Source: Octopus vulgaris (lineage: Eukaryota). Taken from it: a stretch of DNA of 64,000 nt. Location: contig OX597822.1 in NCBI GenBank assembly GCA_951406725.2, positions 30,008,001 through 30,072,000 of the forward strand. The letters are read 5' to 3'. A program made the position numbers and the translations under genes. The notes beneath the pieces were generated by a model that had not been told where the DNA came from, searched no databases, and saw only the letters and a list, made by a program, of their open reading frames with translations. This document shows, piece by piece, positions 54,492 through 64,000 of this stretch; within the stretch, counting starts at the first letter, position 1; each line of letters starts with the position of its first letter.

Positions 54492-56076
54492 GCGGGGTTT
54501 ATACTGTTTCAAGTATTCTCACCAAATTTCAGATTCCCTCCTAATCTCCGTTATCTCAAATAATTGGAGCCATATTTCTTTAAAAATAGATACTACCCGA
54601 TAGTAAAACCAGTCGAAAAATGTTCTGTTCAATAATTATTTCATTCAGCCGTTTAACATCATTAAAACTGGAACAAAATTAAATAGAGTGTTAAAATTTT
54701 CCTAAAATTTGCGAGTTTAAAATAGCGTAGCATATCCTATATAATATACATTTAGGTGGTATCTACAATCACAGCAGATGCACCTCTACTAACCAAAATA
54801 AGGTTTACAGACGTAGGTTCAGAGTCTCTCGAGATTAACAGATATCTCCGCATTGATGTGGGTGGAAGGTCCATCATCACCGAATCATTTTTTTTACCTT
54901 CTGAGCAGTTCCCGGTTTCCCTTCCGTTCAGCGTTAACTCAAATACTTGTGAGTCATATTTCGTTTAATATAAACACCAGGAACATGTTCTATTCAACAA
55001 ATATTTTATTCGACTGAGAAACCAGGATGAAAATCCTGCTGTAGATGGATGTTTTTAATTAGTTAAAAGGTGAATCTCAATCGCTTAGTATTAAAAGTGA
55101 GAGAAAGTTCAATACGATGTTAAAATTCCGGTAATATCTGTAGGATTAAAACAGCTTAGCATATCATATATAACATGTTTGACTGATAGGTCTCACATTA
55201 ATCTCAGGTTAACGGTACCAATAGCCTTAAGCAATCTGACCATACCTCGCTTTCCATACCAGTATACTTTTGTGTTGCACATGTTCAGACTAGGCGTCAG
55301 CGGCATCATTACTACATCCCTCTAAGACTTTGAACAAGTCATGTGACTTTGTCACAACCAGTATATACAGATAAGAGCAATGGCATTTTCTTTCTTAGGT
55401 TAAGCAATTGAAACATTGAAGTAATACATGTATGTCATTTCAGTTGTGATTCGATTATTACTGAGTGTCAAAGATAGTCTATTTGTTAAAACTTCGAAAC
55501 CAGAGGGATCTCCAGAGATATGAAGTTAATATTAAGATGATATCTGGCAATAATCTATTGGATACGATGTAAGATAATTTGAAAAATTTCAGCGTAGGTA
55601 CCTACGACACCTAGACTAAAGTATCCACCTTAGAAACATACACAACACTTGAATGGGATTAGTGTGTGGCACATGGCATACAGCAGCGTCATTTCATTTG
55701 TTCGTTTGTGGTTTTTCCCTTTTTCATGGCAGTTAGAAGGAAACTAAATATATCAAAATTTTCATGTTCAATTTGTCGTTTTCTACTGTCAATTTAATTT
55801 TGCTGTGAGAAAATATTCGCAGAGTTGATTGATGGCAAATTAGTGCCATTTATTCGTTAAAGTTAATATTTTATTTCATTTTTGTAAGCGTAGTACTTAT
55901 TCTATCGCTAAGTTATATGGATCTAAACACACCAGAATCGGTTGTCAGGCGATGTTGGGGTCCCCAAACACAGACTTACAAACATATATATACGACGGCC
56001 TTCTTTCAGTTTCCGTCCACCAAATCCATTCACAAAGCTATGGTCGGCTCGAGGCTATAGTAGAAGACATTTGCTC

Positions 56077-56107
<31 letters not shown>

Positions 56108-56193
56108 TGTATGTATGTATGTATGTATGTATGTATGTATGTATGTATGTATGTGTGTGTGTGTGTGTGTATTTATATATATATAGAGAGATA

Positions 56194-56229
<36 letters not shown>

Positions 56230-59200
56230 ACGTTGCCTGGTCTTTAGGTGTGTTACACTCATTATTGCTAGGTTGTGGGTTCGATTCCCTGACCGGGCGA
56301 CACGTTGTGTTTTTAAGCAAAAGACTTTATTTCACGTTGCCCCAGTCCACTCAGCTGTAAATGGGTAAACCTGCAAGGGCTAATCGTTCGATACATATTC
56401 CTACGCTATATATGCTTCGAAGATATGTTCCTCACTCTGTATGTTTAATAATTCTTGTATGTCTAACAGTTCGTTTCAGAAACTTTCATCAGTTTTCTTC
56501 GAAGATAATTGTCGATCCTACCGCAATGCGTTTAGAAAAGCTATTGATAATCCACCGTACATTCCTTGGATTTCCCATTTTCTAAACCACACAGTAATTC
56601 CAACATGGAAAACTTACATACATGGTTGGAAGAAAAACCGAATCCGAAATTTACTAAATGAGAAACTACAAACACTTGAATGTAAAAGTTACATAGCCAA
56701 TGCAAACTTGTATATCTCAGGGTTAACAACCAAAACCCGAAGTTATAGGGAATGGAGGAATATGAGTGACCCGATGATAAAGCGATCTATTAAAGATCCA
56801 GAAACTAGTGAAGAAAATAAGCCTGTAAATACAACTGCACATAAAGTATCATATAAAGAATGTTTTCCGGAAGTTAATAAATATCACATAAATATCAAGG
56901 ACGTAGATATCCAGAATAGAGGAGGTTCGTATGAAAACACACCTCAAAAATTGTATAAAGCAAAGTTAAATCTCGACGATTTAACTAAGAAAAAAGCCTA
57001 TCGACTCCGCACTCATTATCAAGTACAAAGTTATGAATTAAAATCCAGCGAGGAAAAAAGTGGAAAATCAACTTCTACAAAATCCAAAACAGATTCTTCT
57101 CCGATGGCTAGTACTTCAGATAATTCGCCAAAATCTACGTCGACCAGTAACAACGCTAACGGTGAAGAAACTACTTCTATCGCATCAAGTATTACTTTGC
57201 CAACAGAAAATATTATAAATGAATTGAGTGTTCCAAATAATAAAAGAAAAACAAATCGAGTAGGAAAACATAACGAAGCCATTCAGGAAGTGAACGAAAA
57301 TATCTCTGCACCGTTAGTTGCAAGTCAAAACACGAAAGACGGGCAAATAACTGGTGGTAGGCGATTGCTTTCAACACCAAACTCTGACTGCAGTGATTAC
57401 AGGGAGGTTATTCAAATTTCTCAAGAATATGTTAAAGCGAATGGTTCACAAAATATATACGAACCCCTTCCGCAATTCAGTTTCTCTCAATCAAACGTTT
57501 TGAGCGAGAATGTTAACAACTTTGTTCCGACAATGAGACAGAGGAGTGAAACTTGTTTTCAGTTTGTTTACCCTTTGTCAATGAATCAAAACAAGAGCGA
57601 ACCAGAATACTTTCAAGGCGTTTCAGTTTCTTCATCTATAGAAAAACTCAGTAGAACATTTTCAGATTTTTCAAGAGAAAAGTTATCTTTCGAAAATTTG
57701 AGTAAAGAAGTTAGTATTTTTCAAAGAATTCCTGATGAAACAAACTCTTTAAAACACAAGCATGAAGAAGCTGGCATTTTAGAACATGACTTTGAAGAAT
57801 CTCATGCCGTGGAACAAGTTTCTAAAGAAATTGGCGTTTTCCATACAATTTCCGAGCCGGCTAGTATTTTGAAAAATATTCCTGGAGAAGATCGTGACCT
57901 TCAAGCAATTTCTGGTGAAGCTAAACCTTTCTATAACGTCTCCGACGAAGAGAGTATTGCCGAAAAATTTCAGGAAGTATCCTGTGCCTTCAAAAACCTT
58001 CGCGATGAAATTATTGCATTGGAAAAATTGCCGGATGAAACCAATGTTTTTGAAAACATTCTTAACGAAACTGATGCTTTTGATAAAATCCATGACGTGG
58101 CCGGGGCTTTTGAAATTTTTGTCAAAGAAGTCGGTTGTTTCGAAATGCTTCTTCACAAAGAAGACGCTTTCGAGAAAATTCGTGAAATAGCCGATGTTGT
58201 GAAAACAATTCTTGAAGAAGTTAGTGGCTATAAAAATGCTTATAAACAAGTTACTGATAACGTCTCGGATACATTAGTAAGTGAGGCAAGCATAGATCTA
58301 AACAAACAAATTAATGAGAAACAGGAGAATAAAAGACGTGAAGTTCCTTTGAAATTGAGTTACTCTAAGTCAAGTATTTCCAGTAGGAGCAGTGTTAGAT
58401 CAATGAGTTACATATCAAGTAAAAAACATTTTAAAAATATCAACGGGAAAGATACTAAGGACCAGTCTGTTAGATTTAATATTTACAAGCCAAATATTTC
58501 AACAAAGATAACAAGTAGAATGTCATGTCACTCGATGAGTGATGTAAGGAAACCTAGCCCAGCTTCTTTCAGATCATCCAATGAATCAGTTAAAAGTAAT
58601 AGCACAGCTCCATGTGTTCAGGCATCGAAGACTAAACTGTTTAAAAGAAATATTCCTCAAAATTCTACTCAAAAGACGAGGCTGAAAAAGAGTGGCGAGA
58701 AAACAGAAGCGAACACCAAAAGAGAGAATATATTGCAAGCGAAAAACAAATATCTGGTAAATATAACATCTGTTGCAAGAGTGATTTTTGTATACATTCA
58801 TGTATATACATTATATGTACACATGCATACTCACTCACCCCCCCACACACACACACGCACACGCACACACACACACACACATACACAGTAAATGTAATAT
58901 TTGTCCGATTTAGAATGTATTCACCAAGATGACCACCCTGTTGGGAATTCAGGACTGCTAAAAAGTTCCTGGCTTTGAATAAAAAAAAAATACATGAAGA
59001 CCTATTAATTATAATTTTATTCAACATATTCGTCTCTCCGATTCATACACTTATGACTGTTGTCCTTCAGTTTTTCTAAGCCCTGTAAAAGAATACAGAA
59101 ATTTGGGAACTTTTTAGCACCCCTTGAATATATATATATAATGGACGCAGGTTGTGTGTCAAATAGCTAGCTTGAGGCGGTGGCCTCTTGGAGCTAATCA

Positions 59201-59781
59201 GCGACAGCTTTAGTCTTATATTTATAAGGCTGCCATATAAGTATGGCGATAACTATTAATTTCCAGTAACGCTGCCGTAATCTCCTTTAGAGAGACTTAG
59301 TAATTTTAATATTTCTATTGTATATATATATATATATATATGCACCGTCTCCGATGAAGGGATATTATTAATTAGTATCCTAGAAACAGCTGTAAGACCT
59401 ATCTATAAATGCTCTAATATCTATACAGCTTTGGTTTTTTTATCTTATTACGCAAAAAATTCTTATACACACACGCTGAGAGAACCAACGTTGAACCCTT
59501 TATTCGCAATATTACCGAATCTGGAACTTAACTATGGTCTTTCTATAGCACTTATTCAGCATCACCTGACACCTTTAGGTCTCAATGACACCATTATCTC
59601 TTATATATATATATATGAAAAGGAAATGAACAAAATGCTGACAAAATAATTTAAGTAAGGGAGAGTGTATTTAATTAGGTGAAAGTTATTTTTACCGGTT
59701 GCGCATTTGTTATGCTTATCAAAAGATATTTTTTAAAGAGAGATAGAGTTCCTTTCTGATAGATTTTTTTACTCTTATCTG

Positions 59782-59814
<33 letters not shown>

Positions 59815-59842
59815 TTATATATATGCATACATGCACACACAC

Positions 59843-59875
<33 letters not shown>

Positions 59876-62800
59876 TGTATGTATGTATGTATGTATGTAT
59901 GTATGTATGTATGTATGTGTGTGTGTGTGTGTTGTGTGTGTATAAGTATGTATATAAGTAAACGTTCAAAGGGTAAAGGTTAACGGACTCTATAAAGCTT
60001 CAGCTGGCTGATCTTTATCAAACAGGTCTGAAAAAAACTTCGAGTTCACAGTCAAACTTTTCCTTGTAAAAGTTAATTAATATGTACGCAATTAAAAAGT
60101 ACTGAGTGATCAAACAGCTGGTGACTCAATGGGCAAAATAGACAGAAGAGTCCATCGTCTTGTATTATTCTAATAAACATCTTTCCAACATCTACGATAA
60201 TCACTCTCAGACATCTCCATACAAAAACTTAACTATTATTAATATAAAAGTTATTAATATTTAGCATGTAATAGTTATAAAAGTTATTTGCGTAGTTAAT
60301 TACAGAAGAAAATGAAAATATTTTTATATTTAATTATTAATTAAATATTTAACTTCTTGAAGTTATGATAGTTATTCATTTTATTGCAGCAGATTAAAAT
60401 ATTCTAGATTTAATCATTAATTAAATGTTTAACTTGTAATAGTTATAATAGTTATTCTTCTAGTTAATTCTAGAGTTTTCTAAAAATGTGTAACTAATGT
60501 TAACTATTTAACTTTTAGTAGTTGTAATAGTTGTGAAGGCGCATGGATCAGTGGTTAGAGCGTCGAGCTTACAATCGTGAGGTTGTGAGCTCGAATCCCG
60601 GACCGTGCTGCGTGTTGTGTTCTTGAGTAAGACACTTTATTTCACGTTGCTCCAGTTAACTCAGCTGTAGAAATGAGTTGTGACATCATTGGTACCAAGC
60701 TGTATCGGCCTTTCCCTTGGATAACATCAGTGGTGTAGAGAGGGGAGGCTGGTATGCATGGGCGACTGCTGGCCTTCCATAAACAATCTTGCCCGGACTT
60801 GTACCTCGGAGGGTAACTTTCTAGGTGCAATCCCATGGTCATTCATGACCGAAGGGGGTCTCCCCACAGTTGTAATAGTTACTCATCCATTTAATTACAG
60901 AAGTTGATAAAAATATTAAACATTTAATAGTTATATTTGTTATCTATAAAAAAGTCTAGATGAAGAAAAAGTCTATATAAAAAAAGAACAAGAAAAAATA
61001 TTCTATTTAATTACTATTCTAGAAACAAAGAATATTAAATACAGAGAAAAAAGTATCTAACGGTACCGGTGGCGGAAGATGTTGCAAATGCCGCGCTGAA
61101 ACAGATTCACACTTAAACAAAGGTTAATGTTTCATTTTCTACTTTTTATGTGTGTGTTGTGTCTAGTAAAGTTGATGTCGAACACAAGCATGAAACAAGA
61201 TTTTACAAGTTTTCGTCGTTTTGAAAGATTGGATTGGATTTAGTGGGATGGAGTGTTACAATCAGTCGATCATCTGATTCTAAATATCCTTGTGGTATTT
61301 AGTTACAATTTCGAACATTTGGATTTCTAATCCTATTGTGTTTACTTGATCCTTCATGCTTCAGAGTCAATGAAATAAGCACTGCTTAGAAACATTTAAC
61401 CTCGCTTTATAGACCTATCTGAGACGCAAATCCCTCACTCCTTCTTTATAGACATCTTTGCTATCCAGCCAACACTTTATACTGAAAATTCACTATAGAA
61501 AACTGTACGTACTTCATATGTAGATTTTACTTTCTTCGTCTCTTACCGTTTTCATGCTGATATCATTTACAAGAGCTTCTAGTTATTCTGGTTCAAAGAT
61601 TCCCTCATCCATTTCTCAAAATAACCTTTCTTCCTTCCTGCCCGTACTATAGCGCAGCAAGCTCAAAATCAGAAGTACATGGTTCTATTGTGAAATGCTT
61701 AAACTTCTAAGTAATGTTTTTCTTGTGACGAAGAATAAGTAATTGCTCTATGGGTGCTGGTGATTCGAGAAATTAATTGGCATATGAGAATATTACTAAT
61801 GAGAATATTTAGGCACTTTGTAAGGCGGCGAGCTGGCAGAAACGCACGCCGGGCGAAATGCTAAGCAGTATTTCGTCTGCCACTACGTTCTGAGTTCAAA
61901 TTCCGCCGAGGTCAACTTTGCCTTTCCTCCTTTCGGGGTCGATTAAATAAGTACCAGTTACGCACTGGGGTCAATATAATCGACTTAATCCGTTTGTCCT
62001 CTTTGTGTTTAGCCCCTTGTGAGTAGTAAAGAAATAGGTATTTCGTTTGTCTTTACGTTCTGACTTCAAATTCCGGTGAGGTTGACTTTGCCTTTCATCC
62101 TTTCGGGGTCGATTAAATAAGTACCAGTTATGCACTGGGGTCGATGTAATCGACTTAATCCGTTTGTGTGTCCTTGTTCGTCCCCTTTGTGTGTAGACCC
62201 TTGTGGGCAGTAAATAAATAAAAATCATTAGCACGCCTGGCAAAATGATTAGAAGTATTTCGTCCGTCTATACATTCTGATTTAAAATTCCGCTGAGCTC
62301 GACTTTGCCCTTCATCCTTTCGGGAGTCGATAAACTAAGAATAAGTACGAGTTGAGCACTAGGGTCGATGTAATTGACTTAGCTGGCTTCGTGTCAAACT
62401 TTCAAACCAATATTTAAGCACCTGATGTTGAAATATTTCACACAGTTGATACTCTTTATTTTATATGATGGGACAGGTTTATTTTATTTTTTCTGATTAG
62501 CACTGCCACGGCATTCGTTAAAAGCCGAGTTTAGTAGTTTTATTAGTCTGTATGAATTAGAAAAGGTATTGACGAAGAGATTAGAAACTCACAAATCTTG
62601 GGGCTTATTAACAACTGTCAGTATTTTGATGAGCATTTCGACATTGCAAACGTATTCATTCGACTCTCAGTTCTTAGCTTCTGCTTGCTACGAGGAACAA
62701 CGATCAAATCATGTAGGTAAGTTTCCGGCGATGGATTGGCGTCAAATCCAGGAAAACCCTTAAATCTCATCCGCTTAAGGTTATAAATAGCTGAAACTAA

Positions 62801-63286
62801 TCACTGCCCCTCGTAATTTATCTCAACACTTAGAAACCATTTATTTCATAAAAATAACAAATTTAATGTTTAAATAAATATATTTATATGCATTTTTCAT
62901 TTTGTTTTGTTTTAGAGCATCACATTGTTCAAAATTCGAACCGCTCCGCTCTGAATCTACGGGATAAAATGAGATCAAAGATAAGGGAAATACTTCTGAA
63001 AAAGTTCAAAGGGAATTGTTCAGCTACGAGTCTTGATCAGACTTTATATAACTTCTATAAAATCAAAGGTGGGAAAAGCTGTTCCTCAGCATATTTCGAT
63101 CTCTGGAACTGCTCCCTTTGTGGTAGTGATGTTTGTATCTACGCTGATCTTCCTCAGTCTTTACTTCTATGCTTTCAGAAAGCAGCAAACTGTTACACCT
63201 TTCAAAGTCAATATAACGTCAGAATGTTTCTGAAATCCTACATTTTCACAGAAATGGAAAAATTGTTTACCGAAAGTAAAAATTAA
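34538..63286 (+). CDS. Multi-exon gene: tandem PH-like (GARIN/FAM71-like) domains plus a split, divergent RasGEF (CDC25) domain, ~1560-1600 aa
   Basis: Phase-consistent GT-AG chain: 34538/34631..35923, 38453..38511, 39869..39930, 43996..44083, 46793..46925, 49330..49458, 54262..54395, 56470..58756, [61023..61122], 62671/62678..62716, 62916..63286. CDC25 motifs appear in the correct order. Confidence 0.8.
36004..36349 (-). mobile_element. CORE-type SINE (OR-like), intronic
   Basis: Reverse complement of the 18645..18985 family; TSD TCCAGCAACT at 35994 and 36350. Confidence 0.85.
36681..36708 (+). mobile_element. Isolated Helitron-type 3' terminus (a similar one lies at 38330..38357)
   Basis: CCCGGGAATTCCCGGG hairpin, then 8 nt, then CTAG|T. 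Confidence 0.55.
36940..38048 (-). mobile_element. Degraded mariner transposon
   Basis: ORF 36996..37313 has [40 protein letters not shown] (YSPDLAPSDY-like); TIR-like TCCGGAAAACTTTTGACA at ~38031. Confidence 0.7.
38453..38511 (+). CDS. Exon 2 ([19 protein letters not shown]), phase 0 to 2
   Basis: ttgtatAG| and |GTAAGT. It is the only candidate I found that reconciles the phases of exons 1 and 3. Confidence 0.6.
38658..38965. repeat. Compound (TTG)n/(TTC)n/(TCC)n tract
   Basis: Read directly; mostly polypyrimidine on the + strand. Confidence 0.95.
39078..39495 (+). mobile_element. Two Meta-domain-like SINE copies
   Basis: Heads at ~39078 and ~39285; core CTTTCATCCTTTCAGGGTCGATAA. Confidence 0.75.
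39869..39930 (+). CDS. Exon 3 ([21 protein letters not shown]), phase 2 to 1
   Basis: Strong polypyrimidine tract plus tAG|; |GTAAGT donor. Confidence 0.7.
41313..41648. mobile_element. hAT-like MITE
   Basis: Termini CAGTGGTTCTCAA and TTGAGAACCTTG; subterminal GGGGTCCATAGA motifs. Confidence 0.5.
42362..42698. repeat. (TCTA)n/(CCTA)n/(TCTG)n compound microsatellite
   Basis: Read directly from the sequence. Confidence 0.95.
43996..44083 (+). CDS. Exon 4 ([30 protein letters not shown]), phase 1 to 2
   Basis: tatttcAG| and |GTAATT; open in the required phase. Confidence 0.7.
44822..45270 (+). mobile_element. CORE-type SINE (OK-like), full length
   Basis: Head, CCTTGGGCAAGTGTCTTC CORE block and tail are all present. 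Confidence 0.88.
46040..46205 (-). mobile_element. Short PLE-like element with a hammerhead variant, inserted in the (TA)n of a SINE
   Basis: Minus strand reads CCGATGA-agggatat..-GAAA-cagctg-TA-agac; same family as 59341..59465. Confidence 0.6.
46793..46925 (+). CDS. Exon 5: start of the RasGEF domain
   Basis: [29 protein letters not shown] matches the CDC25 pattern LxxIDPxELAxQLTLxxxxLFxxI; tttccAG| and GAG|GTAAGA. Confidence 0.85.
47335..47735. repeat. (TATG)n/(CATG)n microsatellite
   Basis: Read directly. Similar tracts occur at 40800-40965, 49500-49935, 56080-56230 and 59780-59950. Confidence 0.95.
47733..48570 (-). mobile_element. Mariner transposon relic
   Basis: ORF 48110..48370 has [35 protein letters not shown]; downstream frames give ENARPH and [11 protein letters not shown]-like motifs. 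Confidence 0.8.
48588..48900 (-). pseudogene. RTE-like LINE C-terminal fragment
   Basis: [42 protein letters not shown] resembles the RTE C-terminus. Confidence 0.55.
48962..49210 (+). mobile_element. CORE-type tRNA SINE
   Basis: A/B boxes present; TSD AATATGTGAAATT at ~48949 and ~49223. Confidence 0.8.
49330..49458 (+). CDS. Exon 6: RasGEF domain
   Basis: [43 protein letters not shown] matches PNIxxxIxxFNxxSxWVAxEILxxxxxxxRxxxIxxFIK; tgtgcAG| and AAG|GTAAAA, phase 0/0. Confidence 0.85.
50375..50587 (-). mobile_element. Meta-domain-like SINE
   Basis: Full head and core. Confidence 0.8.
51400..52110. mobile_element. PLE-like fold-back remnant interrupted by an OK-like SINE (51684..52016, minus strand)
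   Basis: 51458..51499 is an imperfect reverse complement of 52051..52093. A degenerate hammerhead lies on the minus strand at ~51535..51575 (TTGAAGTG-gtcaca/tgtgac-GAAA-gc-TT). Confidence 0.5.
53730..54092. mobile_element. Fold-back PLE-like element (~160-bp arms) with a hammerhead in each arm
   Basis: 53731..53892 is an imperfect reverse complement of 53931..54091. Plus arm: cct-CCGACGA..GAAA-cagctg-TA-agg (53938..54020). Minus arm: cct-CTGACGA..GAAA-cagttg-TA-agg (53802..53885). Confidence 0.7.
54262..54395 (+). CDS. Exon 7: RasGEF core
   Basis: [35 protein letters not shown] matches IAxxCxxLNNFNSxxAIxxALxSxxIxRLKKTW; tttgaAG| and CA|GTACGT. Confidence 0.9.
56470..58756 (+). CDS. Exon 8 (762 codons): RasGEF YR..PYIPW motif followed by a long insert
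   Basis: [37 protein letters not shown] matches LxxLxxxxxNYxxYRxxLxxxxxxPCIPFLGxFL; ctaacAG| phase 2 and CTG|GTAAAT phase 0. Confidence 0.85.
57659..58228 (+). repeat. Coding 30-bp/10-aa degenerate tandem repeat, 19 units
   Basis: [30 protein letters not shown] .. [30 protein letters not shown] .. [10 protein letters not shown]. Confidence 0.8.
58948..59127. mobile_element. Mariner-derived MITE
   Basis: Imperfect TIRs TTCAGGACTGCTAAAAAGTTCC and GGAACTTTTTAGCACCCCTTGAA. Confidence 0.6.
59347..59398 (+). ncRNA. Type I hammerhead variant (CCGAUGA core, GUA triplet) in a short PLE-like element (59341..59465)
   Basis: gtct-CCGATGA-a-gggatatta/tagtatcct-a-GAAA-cagctg-TA-agac. Confidence 0.65.
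60533..60867 (+). mobile_element. CORE-type SINE (OR-like)
   Basis: Full length; 13-bp TSD AGTTGTAATAGTT at 60520 and 60868. Confidence 0.9.
61023..61122 (+). CDS. Candidate exon 9 ([33 protein letters not shown]), phase 0 to 1
   Basis: tattctAG| and G|GTTAAT; open frame, GC-richer than its flanks. It would join acceptor 62678. Confidence 0.5.
61823..62410 (+). mobile_element. Meta-domain-like SINE multimer
   Basis: Head at 61823; internal junction AAAGAAATAG|GTATTTC at ~62038; a third degraded unit follows. Confidence 0.8.
62671..62716 (+). CDS. Penultimate exon ((FL)[13 protein letters not shown]); alternative acceptors at 62671 (phase 0) and 62678 (phase 1)
   Basis: G|GTAAGT phase-1 donor matches the phase-1 acceptor of the last exon. 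Confidence 0.65.
62916..63286 (+). CDS. Terminal exon with the RasGEF C-terminal motif
   Basis: Strong T-rich acceptor. [36 protein letters not shown] matches xxFQxxxYxFxxxxxIQxFLxxxxxxxExxLYxxS; TAA at 63284. Confidence 0.8.
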
Positions 63287-64000
63287 CATTCTTTCTTGAA
63301 AACGAAAAACAAAAAAAAACAAAAAAAAACAAAACAAAACAAGAAGGTAAACTAACATAACACACACACACATACATCTCATACACATACGATGAAATAA
63401 AGCAATACATATTTTAACATACTGAAGTCTAAGAGTAAAATATTCGAGTTAAAACAAGTATTGATTCTTGACCCCCTCCTCTCTGTGGTACGTATCATTG
63501 TGTTGTATTTACAGAAAGTGGCAGAATGGCTAGCCCGTTGGGCTTGCAGTATTTGTACTGGTAATTTAAGTTCCGGGTTCAATTCCCTCCACTATCAAAC
63601 TTTGTCTTTCATCCCCCACCCAGGGTCGATAAAATAAATACGAACCAGCATACGTGTTCTCTTTTTCACTGATCTTCAGCTTTATGTGAACATCCGCTGG
63701 GCAGCTAATTTCCAAAACTGTGCACAGTTTCTCTTCCCTATTCCAAATCATTATATCAGGTCTGTTGTGCTAACATTTTACTGAGGTCTTCACTGGTTCA
63801 ATACACCAGTATTCCTTTTTATTATGAGTGGTTATGATATACTCCGCCCCTCTCAAAACATGTGTTTGTGTGTGTTTGTGTGTGTGTGTGTGTGTGTACT
63901 TACGTGCTATGTTTAAAATCAATATATATATATCGGACGGAACGAAAAGCATCACAGCAGTGACTTGTGACTACTCAGTATTTTTATACATAACACGTCC

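Overview
This is AT-rich, microsatellite-dense eukaryotic DNA. The SINE repertoire suggests a cephalopod, probably Octopus (inference). About 1-34 kb is a nest of mobile elements: R4/Dong-type (TAA)n-associated LINE ends, an L1/Tx1 ORF2, an RTE LINE with a ~65-70 bp target duplication, a Penelope-like element (PLE), Helitron non-autonomous copies, Tc1/mariner relics and tRNA-derived SINEs. I assembled one multi-exon + strand gene by hand at about 34.5-63.3 kb, with 10-11 phase-consistent GT-AG exons encoding ~1560-1600 aa. It has two tandem PH-like, GARIN/FAM71-like domains and a divergent RasGEF (CDC25) domain split by a ~800-aa insert that contains 19 decapeptide repeats. About a dozen type I hammerhead-ribozyme motifs from several unrelated PLE-like non-autonomous families are scattered across the window, including one in an element with a tRNA-like Pol III head. 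All family assignments come from motif recognition by eye; no database searches were run.
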